A DNA stretch of 64,000 nucleotides from Octopus vulgaris (lineage: Eukaryota): the NCBI GenBank assembly GCA_951406725.2, contig OX597824.1, forward strand, positions 53,630,001-53,694,000. The letters run 5' to 3'. A program made the position numbers and the translations under genes. This document shows, one piece after another, positions 1 through 12,592 of this stretch (position 1 is its first letter; each line of letters starts with the position of its first letter). The notes beneath the pieces were generated by a model. The model saw only the letters and a program-made list of their open reading frames with translations. It was not told the DNA's origin and ran no database searches.

Positions 1-479
1 TAATTTAGATAAAAATTCAAGATAAAGAGAGCCTGTAAGACTAGCTATTTGCAGTTTTACACTGCAAATAATCAGTCTTAGAGGTTTGAGTTTTACTTAG
101 ATAAAAAGATAAAAAATTATATGAAAACTAGACATTGATGCAAACTTACTGAAAATCACAGAAAATATCAACCAGCACATGTACAGACAACAAATTTCAT
201 TAATCTGTAATCTTTACTATTAACACTTTTACAGCAGCAAAGACTTTTTGTACATCCATTTTCAGAATAACATATATTAATATCTAACAAACATTCCTAT
301 AATTGCAGCAAAAGTATAGAAAGTCACAAAATGTGCCACACTGGCACGTGCATGCGTGTGTTATTTCTGAAAAAGATTATGAAGATGTTTCAACTATCAA
401 ACTAGTTATTAAACTGTTATCACAGAATCATTTACACGTAATATATCTGTATGACTGCACCTGCAAAGTTCAACTCCTA

Positions 480-700
480 ACACCAATACAACCACTACAA
501 CTCTACTGCTACAAACATCAACACCACCACATCTACTACCACAGTAGACACCACCATCCTCACCGCTACAAACACCACTACCACCACCATCAGAACCACC
601 AACAGCATTACTACTACCACCATAACCGACCACTGACAACACAGCTACCATCAACACTGATAACACATCTACCACCGACACTGACACCACACCACCAACA
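480..700. repeat. (CAC/CTA)n-type low-complexity repeat
   Basis: Degenerate trinucleotide run; explains spurious ORFs 303-782 and 409-768. Confidence 0.8.
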
Positions 701-845
701 TACACATATGTATGTGTATCTTGTGTGTCTTTGTGTCTGTGTTTTTCCTCCACTATCATCACTATCACTAGACAAGCAGTGATGGTATGTTTATGTCCCT
801 GTAATGTAGTGGTTCAGCAAAAGAGTCCAACAGAATAAGTTTTAA

Positions 846-1453
846 CCCTTTGTGGGCCAGCAGGGTTGGAATTACACAAAAGGACCCCACTTTTATTTTT
901 GCACATTTCTGTGCTATCTGTAAAGTGATATTTGCTTAATCTCCTATATATGTGTGAGTGCATGATACAGAACAAAAAATTTAGCACTTTATAAGTATAT
1001 ATTTGTAATTATTAGCATTTAATGGAGAGAAATTAAAATATAATTTATTGACTGAAAAAAACCTTTATTGAAAGAAATCAACATTTTTTATATATGTATA
1101 AACTATACATATAGCACTAAATATAAAATAAAACAAAATTATTTAGTATATCAATTCATACTAGTACAAATACAAAGAAAATTGACCAACAGTTCATCAG
1201 AATATCTGAAAAAAGAACAGAAAAAAATAATTCCACAGAAGGCCAATGGGGGTCCAATTGGACACCAATGACCATATTTTATGCTATAACATCCATATGA
1301 CTAGAAATTTTAAACTCAAAATTTGTATGTGCATACATAACCTATTGACAATAAAAGTCATGCAATAGAAAATCATTTAAATAAATAATATAAAAGTTGC
1401 ATAACTTTTAAAATTTGCTGGGGTCCCAAAGGACTCCGCTGGCCCATGAAGAG
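846..1453. mobile_element. Non-autonomous piggyBac-like element inserted into a SINE
   Basis: TTAA|CCCTTTGTGGGCCAGC ... GCTGGCCCATGAAGAG|TTAA; SINE body at ~720-840 resumes at ~1470-1560. Confidence 0.75.
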
Positions 1454-1564
1454 TTAAAAAACAAAAAACAACTGGGGTCAATTCATTCAACTAAAATTCT
1501 TCAAGGTGATACCCCAGCATGGCCACATTGTAATAACTGAAACAAGTAAAAGACAAAAGCTAAA

Positions 1565-2330
1565 AGATATGCATACACATGTATATGTACACACAAGTGT
1601 GTACAAAATCACATACATATACACATATATGTAACACACACAAACAGATGAACAAATCTAGGCACACAAAAACGTCTACACATACACACACACACCCACA
1701 CAAACACACACACACATGTACATACATGTAACACATGCACCCATATGCACATATACCTACATGCATATCTAGGGGAGAATTCACAAAAAAATAAAAGACG
1801 AAGACAGGTGGTGTAGACAACAAACAGATGTATTAGTTTAATGCTTGGGAAGTGAAAAAAGTCTTTAATGTTTCGAGCCTACGCTCTTCCACAGAAAGGA
1901 ACACAGAAAGAAATGGAGAGAAAATAAAGAATGTGTAGTGGCTAGCGATGCACTCACACAGATGCATATGAACACATACACACACAAGTACATATACACA
2001 AATGTACACGCAAGCATGTCCAATGCTTATACAGAAATACACACACATATGTACACAAACACACACACACATAGGCATATACACATGTACCAACCTACAT
2101 ACACTTATACACACATGTACAGATATACACACTTATGCACAGATACACCCACACATGTATAGATATGCACAGATGTACAGATATATACACATATACATGT
2201 AGAGGTATGCACATGTACACACAGTGCACTACACTACATCAAGTAACAGCCCAGCATCACATCTTCCTTCACCTCACTACACTACACATATACATACACA
2301 CACGTTCATGTACACACCCATCACCTACAC
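1565..2330. repeat. (CA/TA)n-rich microsatellite tract containing a short Penelope-like pLTR fragment (~1770-1950)
   Basis: CACA/TACA repeats; embedded degenerate ..GAAGA-GC-GTAG-GCTC-GAAAC motif on the minus strand. Confidence 0.6.
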
Positions 2331-2785
2331 TCTTTAAATACAGCAAGTTTATTAATCTAGTTTTCCACTGTCATAACCATCTTCCTACTAATAAATTAAA
2401 TATTATTCAGATTTAGGAACAAGGCCAGCAATTTTAAGGAGAAGGGCTAATCAATTTCATCCACCCCTGTACTTGACTGGTACTTTATTTTATCAACTCA
2501 CGAGGAATAAAAGGCAAAGCTGACCACGGTAGGATTTGAACTCAGAAAGTGAAAAGCCAGGACAAAAACCGCAAAGTATTTTTTCTAATGCTCTAACAAT
2601 TCTGTCAATCCATTACCTGACTTTAAATATGGCAATTAGATTTATATAGCATTGATTTTTTTTTTTACTTCACTTCTCTTTTATTGATAATTTCTTCTAT
2701 TTAAATTTAAAATGAATTTAAAAGTAACAGAGCAACAGAACAAGCAACTAAAATGTTTCATGAATGATAAAAATAATACACTGAC

Positions 2786-2884
2786 TTTTTAGAATTGGCA
2801 TAAGCACTGAGACCAAGATCAATGTCAATCATCAGAGACTTTGGTTGTTCGTCTTCTTCTTCATCACTATCAATATAAGGATCA
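2786..2884 (-). CDS. NEMF: NEMF exon 15 (DPYIDSDEEEDEQPKSLMIDIDLGLSAYANSK)
   Basis: 99 nt, AG/GTCAGT; IDIDLGLSAYAN motif. Confidence 0.94.
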
Positions 2885-4062
2885 CTGGAATACAAGAATA
2901 GATAAAAACATCAGCATTTATTAAGATATTATTATTATCAGAATCATGTTCCAAGGAAACATTGACTGTAAAGTTGTGATGTTGAACCACTGAATATCTG
3001 CTCATCAGTTCAAACCCTGCACAATCATTTTTTGCTTTAGACAATGGGGTTCATAGTAAGAAAAACATGAAATTCCAAAATGAGGTAAGATTTTTATAAA
3101 AGTCATTAATGCCTACAAGGTCAAATAAAAAGATATAGTTTCCAAACATTTCATCATTCAAGGCTCACAAGATCCCTTACAGAACAATGAGCAAGATGCT
3201 TTGACAAGTTTAAATATTTACTTATAGAACATAGGGGTCATTGTATTTGCAACTTTATACCCTTTTTTTTTTAATTGTTATCTGCAGTTGCTTGTCAACA
3301 TTATTTATTTAACTGTGTTCTAACTCTATTTTCATATTACTTTCTTATTGTTTATGCCATACCACTAAGAATACTACCTCACAGAAATTATCACAACCAA
3401 GCAGAGTGTATCTCTCCATGTTTGCAATAACTGATTAATGCCTTTAAACTATTCCAGTAGTAATCAACTTCAGAGTTCTACTGAAATCTGCAGTATAAGT
3501 TGTTGTTGTCAGTCCTAAACCAGTATAAATATGATCAAATACAACCCAGCTATGGCCACTCTAACTTTTTGAGGATAACAATATCAAATATGGTCTTCCT
3601 TTTATGTATTAAATGAAAGAAAAAATTATTTCTTAAGAAAATTATTCAAACATTTAGTCATAAAAAAAATACGAAAGCATTACTATATTAAATAGTCCAG
3701 AATAGTAAACAGACAATCACAATAACATTAAAGAGAGTAACGTTATCAATATGCCTTGGCAATATAATTATTAATAGCATCTTCTTCTCCAATAATTCCA
3801 TAACAAAATATGAACACAACACAGTAACCTAATGAAAGATGTATAAGATATACAGTACCATTCTCTTCCACTTATATGGTACCTATATTACAGTTAAGTC
3901 AACTGATCCAAAAAGCATTTACATGTCTTTACTGAAAACTCAGTTCAATACCAGCAACAAGGCATGAACTGTCAACCCTTTTATTTGTAAATTTTCATTT
4001 ACCTTCACAATTAGCCATAGTAAATTTAAATATTAGGGTTTCAAGGAAACATAAATACTCAC

Positions 4063-4223
4063 TTGAGATGCATGGTGATGTGATTAGTTTCTAATTTTAG
4101 GGATTTAATGGAGCAAGCAACTGGATCTTGTTGCAGTTGAGCCTGTTTCAGTAATTCAGAAATTTCTGTCCAATTGATTTGATTGGCTAAAGCACTCCGA
4201 ACAACTCTTATGGCTTGATCAAC
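4063..4223 (-). CDS. NEMF: NEMF exon 14 ([21 protein letters not shown]...[11 protein letters not shown])
   Basis: 161 nt, AG/GTGAGT. Confidence 0.96.
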
Positions 4224-6155
4224 CTAACAAGATTTCAAATAAAACAAATTAATTCAAAAGTATTTTAATGAATCTAACATTTTAGTCAAATATTTTCAGT
4301 TGATTAGTAAAGCCTACTAACCAATACTCTGACATAGGTGAGTCAAAACACATGTTGTTTTAAATCTGAGTATGACAAGTGGATTAACTTTCCATTTATA
4401 ATGCAAAATGACCAATACACTAGCAACGAGATTAATATTGATGAAGGCTCTACTTCATAACCAGAAGGTTATGTGTTGTAACCTCTAACCACACACAGGC
4501 TCATTATTCTCTGCCCATCTCAGTGTTAATTACTGACTAAGCAGTTGTTTGTATTCCTGTTTTAAAATATTTGTATGGATTGATATGGAGTACATATCAA
4601 GCATCATTCAATTGTCATCATATAAACATTACCTAGTTAATATTGTTTTTATCAAGTTATGACAACCCAACTAAAGGAAAGCTATTTTGTGCATTCCAAT
4701 TGCTTGTTTTGTATCATATGAATCAAAAGAAATTAAAATTATAAAACAATTTTGCTCAGCCTTTATGTTGTCCAAATTTTTATAACATTTTTTACTGTAC
4801 TAATATAGTTTTACTTTCTAGTTGAATGACTTTAGCCAATATGAAAAAGCAACTTTTAATCAAAGATATCTGACATCATAACCAATCACTACAATTTAGT
4901 CAATTCTTAGGATGAAATGATAGATAATCAATGAAATTTCTATACTTGAGAAGTATTATTTTGCCATAATATATTTATAGTAATACATTCATAATCATCA
5001 TCATAAATGATGATGAGTCCAACTTGTAAAGAGTCAATGTTACCTGTTACACAGTAACTTCAGAAATACTAGCCAACAATGTAATGTCATGTTCAAGTTT
5101 ATACTACAGGACACAATACAGAGATCAAGATCAGTTGTGTTTAATACAGTCCTGAATGACTATGAACTAGAAGAGCATGAATATCATAAATAAGCGCACA
5201 GACTACATTCCATTAGAATTCAGAGCCATGCTTCCATTGCAGTATGAAAGACAATGTTGAACAAGGATTGGTCCTGTCAGACCTGTACATCCTTATGGAA
5301 AACAACTCGAGTTCCAGAGTTCAGAATCAATGACATGGAGGAATCAAAAGTGGAAGGGAAAGAAAAGTGAGGGACAGATGGAGTGAGGTGAGCTTCCTCT
5401 TTAATCTCCTCAGTAGATGTTTACTCTCACTGTAATCATTTTATACTTTCATCCTCTCTATCTTCCTTTCCCAGGCCTCTTTCATTTTCTCCCTTCATGT
5501 TCCTTACTCTCCCTCTCTCTCACTACTACTTACTCTCTTTCCCCCTCTCTATCTTTTTTTTTCTCTTTGTCATTCTCTCATGATTTCTCTTCTTCCTATA
5601 TTCGTTTTCTTACTCAATTGCTGTTGCTCCCACCCTACCATGCCTTTTTCTTTCCACTTTCTTTTTTATCCCTACCTTTGTCTCATTCATACATCCTAAG
5701 TCCTCCTGTCTTTCAGTTTGTATTCTGATGAAATTCTACTATTATTCTACATTTGCACTTGCATTTTTTTTTTGTTTCTACATCCAGTCAGAATATTTTC
5801 TCAGAGAACTATATTACTTTGTAATTTTTTCTCTTACTTGTATGTCAATGCACTTTGTCTTTTAAGATGTCAAGCTTTTTCTGTACTGTCCTCTATTTCA
5901 CTGATGTTTACCAATCACTGGCACTCTCCAGACAACTGTTATTGAGGGGTCTAAATATGTCAAAACCATAGTGATTGTGGATAGTAGAGGGGAAGAGATT
6001 TTTCCATATCTGTCCTTTTTTGTTAACTACTTTTCAAGTCAGTTATCGTGTGTGCGCGTGCACACACACAAACACACACACACAGAAAGGGGTGATGGTG
6101 CAAGGGAAAGTGTAGTCTTGTTGCTTTTAATTGGTCTTAGCAAACAAAACAATTT

Positions 6156-6681
6156 GGATCTTTTCAGTTTGAACCCTAACTAACCCTAAATCTAAAATAG
6201 ATTGAAATGCAATAGATCGATACTAGGGTCATAATTATGGGTGACAATTTCATATGACACCGCTAGAAAAAAACTGCCATTTTCTCTAGCAGTTTCATAT
6301 GAAATTGTCACCCATAATTATGACCCTAGAATCGATCTATTGCATTTCAATCTATTTTAGATTTAGGGTTAGTTAGGGTTAGGGGTGGGGGAAGGGTATC
6401 TTTTTTTCTTCACAAATGTAAATAAACCCAATCTGTTTCTTAAAGGAGGGACATATTCATATGGCACAGAATGCTTTCACCTCAATAGACAGTCATTGAT
6501 TGGTTAAAATTGCCGAAATGCAAGAAATTAAAGACGAAATATGTTACAAACTACAGAATTTTCTCAAGAAAGCCAAGAGAAAATGATGTTTTATAAACAC
6601 ATTCTACCAGTATACGAAGTTTAAAATTTTTTAGTTACCTAGAAATTATGTTAAAAACTGTCATTCAAACCGAAAAGATCC
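6156..6681. mobile_element. Non-autonomous DNA transposon (MITE) with internal fold-back
   Basis: TIR GGATCTTTTCRGTTTGAA at 6156 and its complement ending 6681; internal inverted repeat ~6172-6381. Confidence 0.7.
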
Positions 6682-7199
6682 AAAAATTCATATCAAAAAT
6701 AGACAACTGGATGTTATCAGTAAAAATGTTTTAAAATTTTTAAATTGAAAGCAAACTTCAATCAGTATTTGGCAAACAACTGTAAGGTCTAGAATTTGAA
6801 TCCTGGTGGCACATTGAGTCCTTGAGCAAGACACTTATTCCACATTATTCCAATTCACTCAGATGGCAAAAATGAGCTGTACTGTAATTCAAAGGGCCAG
6901 CCTTGTCACATTGTGTGTCATGCTGAATTTTCTTGTGAGAACTACATTAAAGGTATGCATGTCTACTTGTATGTGCTCAGCCACTTGTATGTTAATTTCA
7001 CAAGCAGGATTTCCATTGATCAGATCATCAGGATCACGCATCATCATAACTGATGCCATGCCAGTTATCATCATCATCACCATCATCATTTTAACATCCA
7101 CTTTACTATGCTTGCATAGGTTGGACAGAGTTTACTGAAGCAGACGTGTGTGTATGTGTGTGTGTGTGTGTGTGTACATTCAATTATAAATTAGAAGCA

Positions 7200-7755
7200 G
7201 CACAAGTGTTGTAAACATTATCAAACACACATACACAATGTATGTGCTTCGTTTGTTTGCCAGTCGGCTGCAAATTGAAGTGGAGGAGATAACTCTCTCA
7301 AAGCAAAGGGTGTTAAATCACCTGAAAGTCATAGCCATAGAAGAGTGAGACAACTCATTCCGAGTCCTATTCAGGACTGATGGACATCGATGTTTCACCA
7401 TCTTTGTAGCTTATCAACATCACATACTTGAACCGAACCAGAGGCAAATTGGATAGCCTGTCTATGACTATATGTAAGATAGTGTAAAAACCATCTGCTA
7501 GTATGCCTAAACAAAGCATATGTAGAAATAAAATCAAGCAGTGTGAATGTTGTAAACATAGAGGTGAGATGAGAGAGTCATCTCCTCTGGGTCAAATCAC
7601 AGCTGACTAGCAAACAATCAAAGAACATACATAGTGTATGTGTGTCTGATAATGTTTACGACACTTGTGTGCAGATATTGATAAGTCACAAAAATGGTAA
7701 AGCATCATTGTCCATTGCTCCTGAATGGGTCTATGACTATGACTTTCAGGGGTCA
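7200..7755. mobile_element. Penelope-like pLTR remnant with inverted repeats
   Basis: ~7200-7270 is inverted versus ~7600-7672, and ~7320-7425 versus ~7675-7755; degenerate hammerhead-like GAAAC-ATCGAT-GTC on the minus strand. Confidence 0.5.
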
Positions 7756-8108
7756 TACAGGTGTGCGTGCATGTGTGCGGGTGGGTGTGAGTGAAGGCTC
7801 ACAACCTAGTTGTCAGAGTGTTGAACTCACAGTTGCAAGATTGTGGTTTCAATTTCTAGATCTGTGGCACATTGTGTTCTTGAGCAAAATACTTCATTTC
7901 ACTCAGCTATGAGTCTACAATGGATTGACATTCTGTACATGGGGGGAAAAACTTGGCCTGCCCACCTAATCACCAGGGTGACATCATTCCATCATTTGAA
8001 AGCTAAAATAATGCAAGGAAGCGCATTGTGAAGAACATCTGATAGTCTGGTCAACACAATGATATATATATATATATATCACTTTGATCACTTTGACTGA
8101 CCAGTCCG

Positions 8109-9749
8109 TCAGGCGTCCATTTGACACCGCTGGTCACAGCACGCTGTCCACTCCTCTCTGGATCGCGCCTTTCTCATCCACGTGATCCCAATCGTCCTCT
8201 TGAAATCGTCACTCCACCGTCGTGGAGGTCTTCCAGGTGGTCTTTTCCGCTCATGCGGGTACCACTTGACAACTGCGTGCGTCCACCGATTATCGGTGAG
8301 CCGGGTGACGTGTCCAGCCCATCTATACTTGCTGCGAGTATACTCTGCGATGACATCTCTCACGGCAGACTTCTTTCTGATGATGTTGCTATTTATGTGC
8401 TCTCTCAACAAGATACCAAGCATTGACCTTTCCATGGCTCTTTGAGCCGTTATCAGTCTTTGCTCTTCTCTCTTTGTGGTAGCCCATGTTTCACTACCAT
8501 ATAACATTGCAGGTAGAACTGCACTGTTAATGAGGTTGGCGCGGGTGGTCCTGTCCAACCTTCCCTTGAGCACATCCCTTATGCCATTGAATGCCTTCCA
8601 TCCGGCCCTTACTCTCCGTGAGATCTCCTTTTTGATATCCCGGCACATATTTACTTCCTGTCCCAGGTAGACATATTCTCTCACCTCCTCTATTTCATCA
8701 CTGCCGATCACCATTTGATCTGTTGGTACGTTGTCTGACCGCATGAACTTTGTTTTCATCTTGAAACCTACTGCAGAACTTTTGATGTCGAGCTCCGTCA
8801 GCATGGTCTGAAGCTGATCCATGTTTTCAGTGATGAGTACGATGTCGTCAGCGAAACGGAGGTGAGGGAGGAGCTCGCCATTGATGTTGACACCACCTTG
8901 CCATTCGATGCCTCTGATGATCTGTTCGAGACATGCAGTGAAAAGTTTTGGGGAGATTGTATCTCCTTGTTTCACTCCCTTCTCGACCGGCACTCGTATG
9001 GGTGATGACAGTAGAGCTATGTCGGTGATGCATCCGGAATTTGCCTCTCTGAGCAGCTGCACATATTTCGCTTCGATTCCTTGCCTCTGCAGCGAGTTCA
9101 GCACTGCGTTGGTTTCGATTCTATCGAAGGCCTTCTCATAATCTATAAACGCAACGCAAAGAGGCAGCTTGTACTCATTTGCTCGCTCAAGCAGTTGCGT
9201 TAGAGCAAATATATGGTCCATTGTGCTGTAGTTCTTCCGGAAGCCTGCTTGCTCCCTCGGTTGTTGTTCGTCGAGACGACGTGACAACCTGTTCAGAATT
9301 ATCTTCGTGAACAGCTTGTACACGTGAGACAGCAGGCATATGGGTCGGTAGTTCTTTAGATCTTCTCTGTCGCCCTTCTTATACAGCAGGATGGTATTTG
9401 ACTCTTTCCACTGCGAGGGAATTCTTCCCTCGTCTAGATAGTGCATAAATCGCTCAGCAAGGATTTTCCAGAGCTGCTCTCTGCCTGACTTTAGCACCTC
9501 CAATGTTATACCGTCTTTCCCTGGAGCCTTTCCGTTTTTCATCAAGCTGATGGCTCTTTCAACCTCACTGACAAGGATAGGTGGCACGTTTTCTTCCTGT
9601 TGGAGTGGTGGTAACGGCTGGACATTTCTGGTAGACTTAAAGAGCTTGGTGTAGAAGTCTTCACAAACTTTTTCCATCTCGCTCTTCTCGTTGACTGGTA
9701 TTCCATCTGTATTTTTCAGGGCCGTCACCTCCGATCTATATAGTACCAT
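8109..9749 (-). CDS. RTE reverse transcriptase, C-terminal half
   Basis: KAPGKD, NYRPICLL, QAGFR, FIDYEKAFD, GVKQGD, FADD, YVYLG motifs; open frame. Confidence 0.92.
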   Translation of the reverse strand: MVLYRSEVTALKNTDGIPVNEKSEMEKVCEDFYTKLFKSTRNVQPLPPLQQEENVPPILVSEVERAISLMKNGKAPGKDGITLEVLKSGREQLWKILAERFMHYLDEGRIPSQWKESNTILLYKKGDREDLKNYRPICLLSHVYKLFTKIILNRLSRRLDEQQPREQAGFRKNYSTMDHIFALTQLLERANEYKLPLCVAFIDYEKAFDRIETNAVLNSLQRQGIEAKYVQLLREANSGCITDIALLSSPIRVPVEKGVKQGDTISPKLFTACLEQIIRGIEWQGGVNINGELLPHLRFADDIVLITENMDQLQTMLTELDIKSSAVGFKMKTKFMRSDNVPTDQMVIGSDEIEEVREYVYLGQEVNMCRDIKKEISRRVRAGWKAFNGIRDVLKGRLDRTTRANLINSAVLPAMLYGSETWATTKREEQRLITAQRAMERSMLGILLREHINSNIIRKKSAVRDVIAEYTRSKYRWAGHVTRLTDNRWTHAVVKWYPHERKRPPGRPPRRWSDDFKRTIGITWMRKARSREEWTACCDQRCQMDA

Positions 9750-10087
9750 GTCCCTCGTGCATTTCTTGCATATGTCAGGTCGCTCCAGAGTGCTACTGGT
9801 AACATGTAATCCAGTACAACCTGTTGCATGGTCGGGACGTCAGCGACTAAACTGACAACCCCACCAGGTTCGCTTGGTGAGGAGGGTGCTGTTGAACTCC
9901 CTGTGGGATGGAAAAATAAGACCCAACAAAGGGCGGATGAACTCCTGAAGAGTCAACGGCCATCCAACAAAATACCGGCCTGCCCGCCCAGCCAGTGGGA
10001 TGGCGTCATCTTATGGCTAAAACAGCACGAAGAACAAAGAGAAAAGGAAAAGGGCCTCAGTACCTTGCACGTCAATCGGGCCACTCC

Positions 10088-11304
10088 ATGACGGCGGAGT
10101 GCAACTCGAGCGACGAGAGGCTGCTAAGAATCACAGGTTCCCGAAAGCCGTCATGGAACAGGACTAAACTTGCCATATGCACCTACAACTGCAGGTCTAT
10201 GGCAGGGTGACAAGAACTGAACCACCTAATGGAGGAGAGGAAGAAGATCAGGTGTGACATGTTAGGGCTGTGCGAGACACGCTGGAAGAAGGAAGCGAGT
10301 ATACGGTGGTAAGATGATTGCATTGTGAGATTAGGAAGAGCAGAAGGTGCTAGATTGGTCGGAGGTATCAGATTCATCATAAGTAAGGAATGGGCTTCGA
10401 GGGTCGCTTCTTGCCACTTCATATCATCACAGATTGGTGTACTAAATGTGAACCTCTCAGGGAAGGCCACCCTCAAGATTGTCCAGACCTATGCTCCCAC
10501 AAGTTCCAGCGACAACAACGAGGTGGAAGAATTCTATCGACAACTAGACAAAGGGTTGGCTATGAAGTCCACTTACACTGTCGTGATGGGAGACTTCAAT
10601 GCAAAGGTTGGACATGGACAACAAGGAGAGGAATACGTCGGGAGATTTGGCATGGGAGAGAGAAACGAGAGAGGAGAACGTTTGGCTACCATGGCAGAGG
10701 CGAGGCAGCTCTACATCGGAAACAGCCTATTCAGGAAGAGGGAGAGGAAGAGATGGACTTGGATATCGCCAAACTCTAAGCACCGAAGCGAGATCGACTA
10801 CATCCTGGTTGATAAGCAACGCATATTGCATGACGTCTCCGTCGTGACGCCATTCAACACCGGCAGTGATCATCGTCTGGTAAGGGCGAGGGTCGTCATC
10901 GACGAGAAGAGGGAGAAGATTGCGTTATATTTGGCGTCGAAGGGAAAACGTGTCCGAGTCTACAACGAGACAAAGCTGCAGGAAGCCATCATGCAGGAAG
11001 ACTGGTGCCAAGGAGGCGACATAGATGATGACTACAACTCACTGATAGGGAAACTGAAGGAGTGTTTAAGGAAGGCTAAGGGTGTATGCCCAAGAGAAAA
11101 GAAGGGAAGAATCTCGGAAGAAACTACGAAGTTACTCGAGAAGAGGAAAAATATGAAGAGGACTATTGAAGATCATCTTGAATATTCCATTCTCAGCAGA
11201 GTGATTCGTCAGCAACTAAAGAAAGACTTTGAGGCATACCGGATGGAGAAGCTCTTGAAGGCCGCAGGGGAAAAGAAGAGCCTCAAGAAATGCAAGAGGG
11301 ACAT
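10088..11304 (+). pseudogene. RTE AP-endonuclease N-terminal half (two premature stops)
   Basis: TYNCR, LGLCETR, YAPT, GDFNAKVG, IDYIL, SDHRLV motifs; in-frame stops at 10208 and ~10310. Confidence 0.9.
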
Positions 11305-11311
11305 ATATATA

Positions 11312-12591
11312 CGAGGGGCGTTCAATAAGTAATGCTCCTGACCCACTTCCCATAGCAGTAGAGCAACGAAACTTGGCACAGTTATTAGTCTTTTTCTACA
11401 TAGGAACTACCCAGAGTTACGCATTTCTCCCATCGTTTGATGCAGCTCTGAAGACCGTTTTTGTAGAAGACCCCAGCTTGGTCCTCCAACCACGACGTGA
11501 CTTCAGAAATCAAGGCTGCATCATCTGAGAAACGCTTTCCTTTCAAAAACAGCTTCATGGCTGGGAAGAAGTGAAAATCAGAGGGTGCAAGGTCAGGATG
11601 GGGGAGGAGTTCATAACCGCACGCCTGTGCTTCTGATCTGGCGACACGCGAGTTGTGGACCGGAGCGATGTCCTGCAGGAGGAGAATACCTTTGCTGATC
11701 TTGCCCCGCCTCTTGATTTTGATAGCTTCTCTTGATTTCCTCAAAAGTGAAGTATAATAGGCTCCTGTAATTGTGGTACCCTTTGCCAGGAAATCTGTCA
11801 TCACTACTCCGTCCTGGTCCCAGAAGACTGTGAGCATGACCTTGCCAGCGGAGGGCTGCACCCTTGCCTTCTTTGGAGGAGGTGAGTCACGGTGCTTCCA
11901 CTGCATTGACTGGACTTTGGTCTCTGGATCATAGTGATGGACCCAGGTTTCATCCTGTGTAATCAGTCTTTTGAAAAATCTTGACTCATCTTCTTGGCAC
12001 ATCTCCAAATTCATCCTCGAGCACTCGACGCGTTCTTGCTTCTGGAAAGGTGTGAGCAACCTGGGAATCCATCTGGCAGATACCTTTTGCATATGCAAAT
12101 GGTCATGAATGATAGTTTCCACAGACCCGGTACTAATCTTGACCTCATGGGCTATTTGGCGAATAGTCATGAGTCGATCTTCCAAAATGGCAGCCTCAAC
12201 TTGACGGACAGATGCCTCATCAATGGCAGAAGTAGGGCAACCAGATCTGGGAGCTGTTTCCACAGAGTTCTGACCATGTCTGAATTCACGATGCCAACGT
12301 TTTACACGGTCATATGATGGGGCATCATCACCATAAGTTACTTTCATTTCAACAAAAGTCTCCCGTGGTGTGCGTCCTTTCAAATACAAAACCCGGATCA
12401 CTGCTCGACACTCAACAGGCTCCATTTCACACTTGACTCAGTTCAAACACCTGTAAATCAGAAACCACAATTAGTTTAGAGCTGTAATTTGCCACTTAAT
12501 CTATAGAGATACAAATAATTGCACATGCAATATTTCAGCTAGATCAAACAATTGCAAGTGGGTCAGGGGCATTACTTATTGAACGTCCCTC

Positions 12592-12592
<1 letters not shown>
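11312..12592 (-). mobile_element. Full-length mariner transposon (1281 bp)
   Basis: TA|CGAGGGGCGTTCAATAAGTAATGC... ~37-bp TIRs, TA on both sides. Confidence 0.95.
11385..12425 (-). CDS. Mariner transposase, open frame but lacking PPYS before the third catalytic Asp
   Basis: WIPRLL, DETW, QDIA, HPDLAPSDFHFF motifs. Confidence 0.9.
   Translation of the reverse strand: MEPVECRAVIRVLYLKGRTPRETFVEMKVTYGDDAPSYDRVKRWHREFRHGQNSVETAPRSGCPTSAIDEASVRQVEAAILEDRLMTIRQIAHEVKISTGSVETIIHDHLHMQKVSARWIPRLLTPFQKQERVECSRMNLEMCQEDESRFFKRLITQDETWVHHYDPETKVQSMQWKHRDSPPPKKARVQPSAGKVMLTVFWDQDGVVMTDFLAKGTTITGAYYTSLLRKSREAIKIKRRGKISKGILLLQDIAPVHNSRVARSEAQACGYELLPHPDLAPSDFHFFPAMKLFLKGKRFSDDAALISEVTSWLEDQAGVFYKNGLQSCIKRWEKCVTLGSSYVEKD

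Larger units (their letters stand above)
8078..11304 (-). mobile_element. Near-full-length RTE-clade LINE with inverted 5' half
   Basis: RT half on minus (8078-9768) ending in (CAAAGTGAT)2; 5'UTR plus APE half on plus (9769-11304); both ends in (TA)n. Confidence 0.93.

Noticed and set aside
303-2416. His/Thr- and Val/Cys-rich ORFs (also 23.8-26.3 kb and 52-53 kb)
   Set aside because: Translations of (CA)n, (TG)n and (CAC)n microsatellites; no coding signal.
1-2785. NEMF exon 16 (expected YY..K...A.K)
   Set aside because: No spliceable match found; presumably left of the window.
6172-6385. Interstitial telomere or chromosome fusion site
   Set aside because: Only 2-3 imperfect TTAGGG units, internal to a TIR-bounded MITE.
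9930-10030. HDV-like ribozyme in the RTE 5'UTR
   Set aside because: A GCCATCC/GGATGGC pairing exists, but I could not assemble P2/P3/P1.1 or the catalytic C by eye; needs an RNAMotif/Infernal search.
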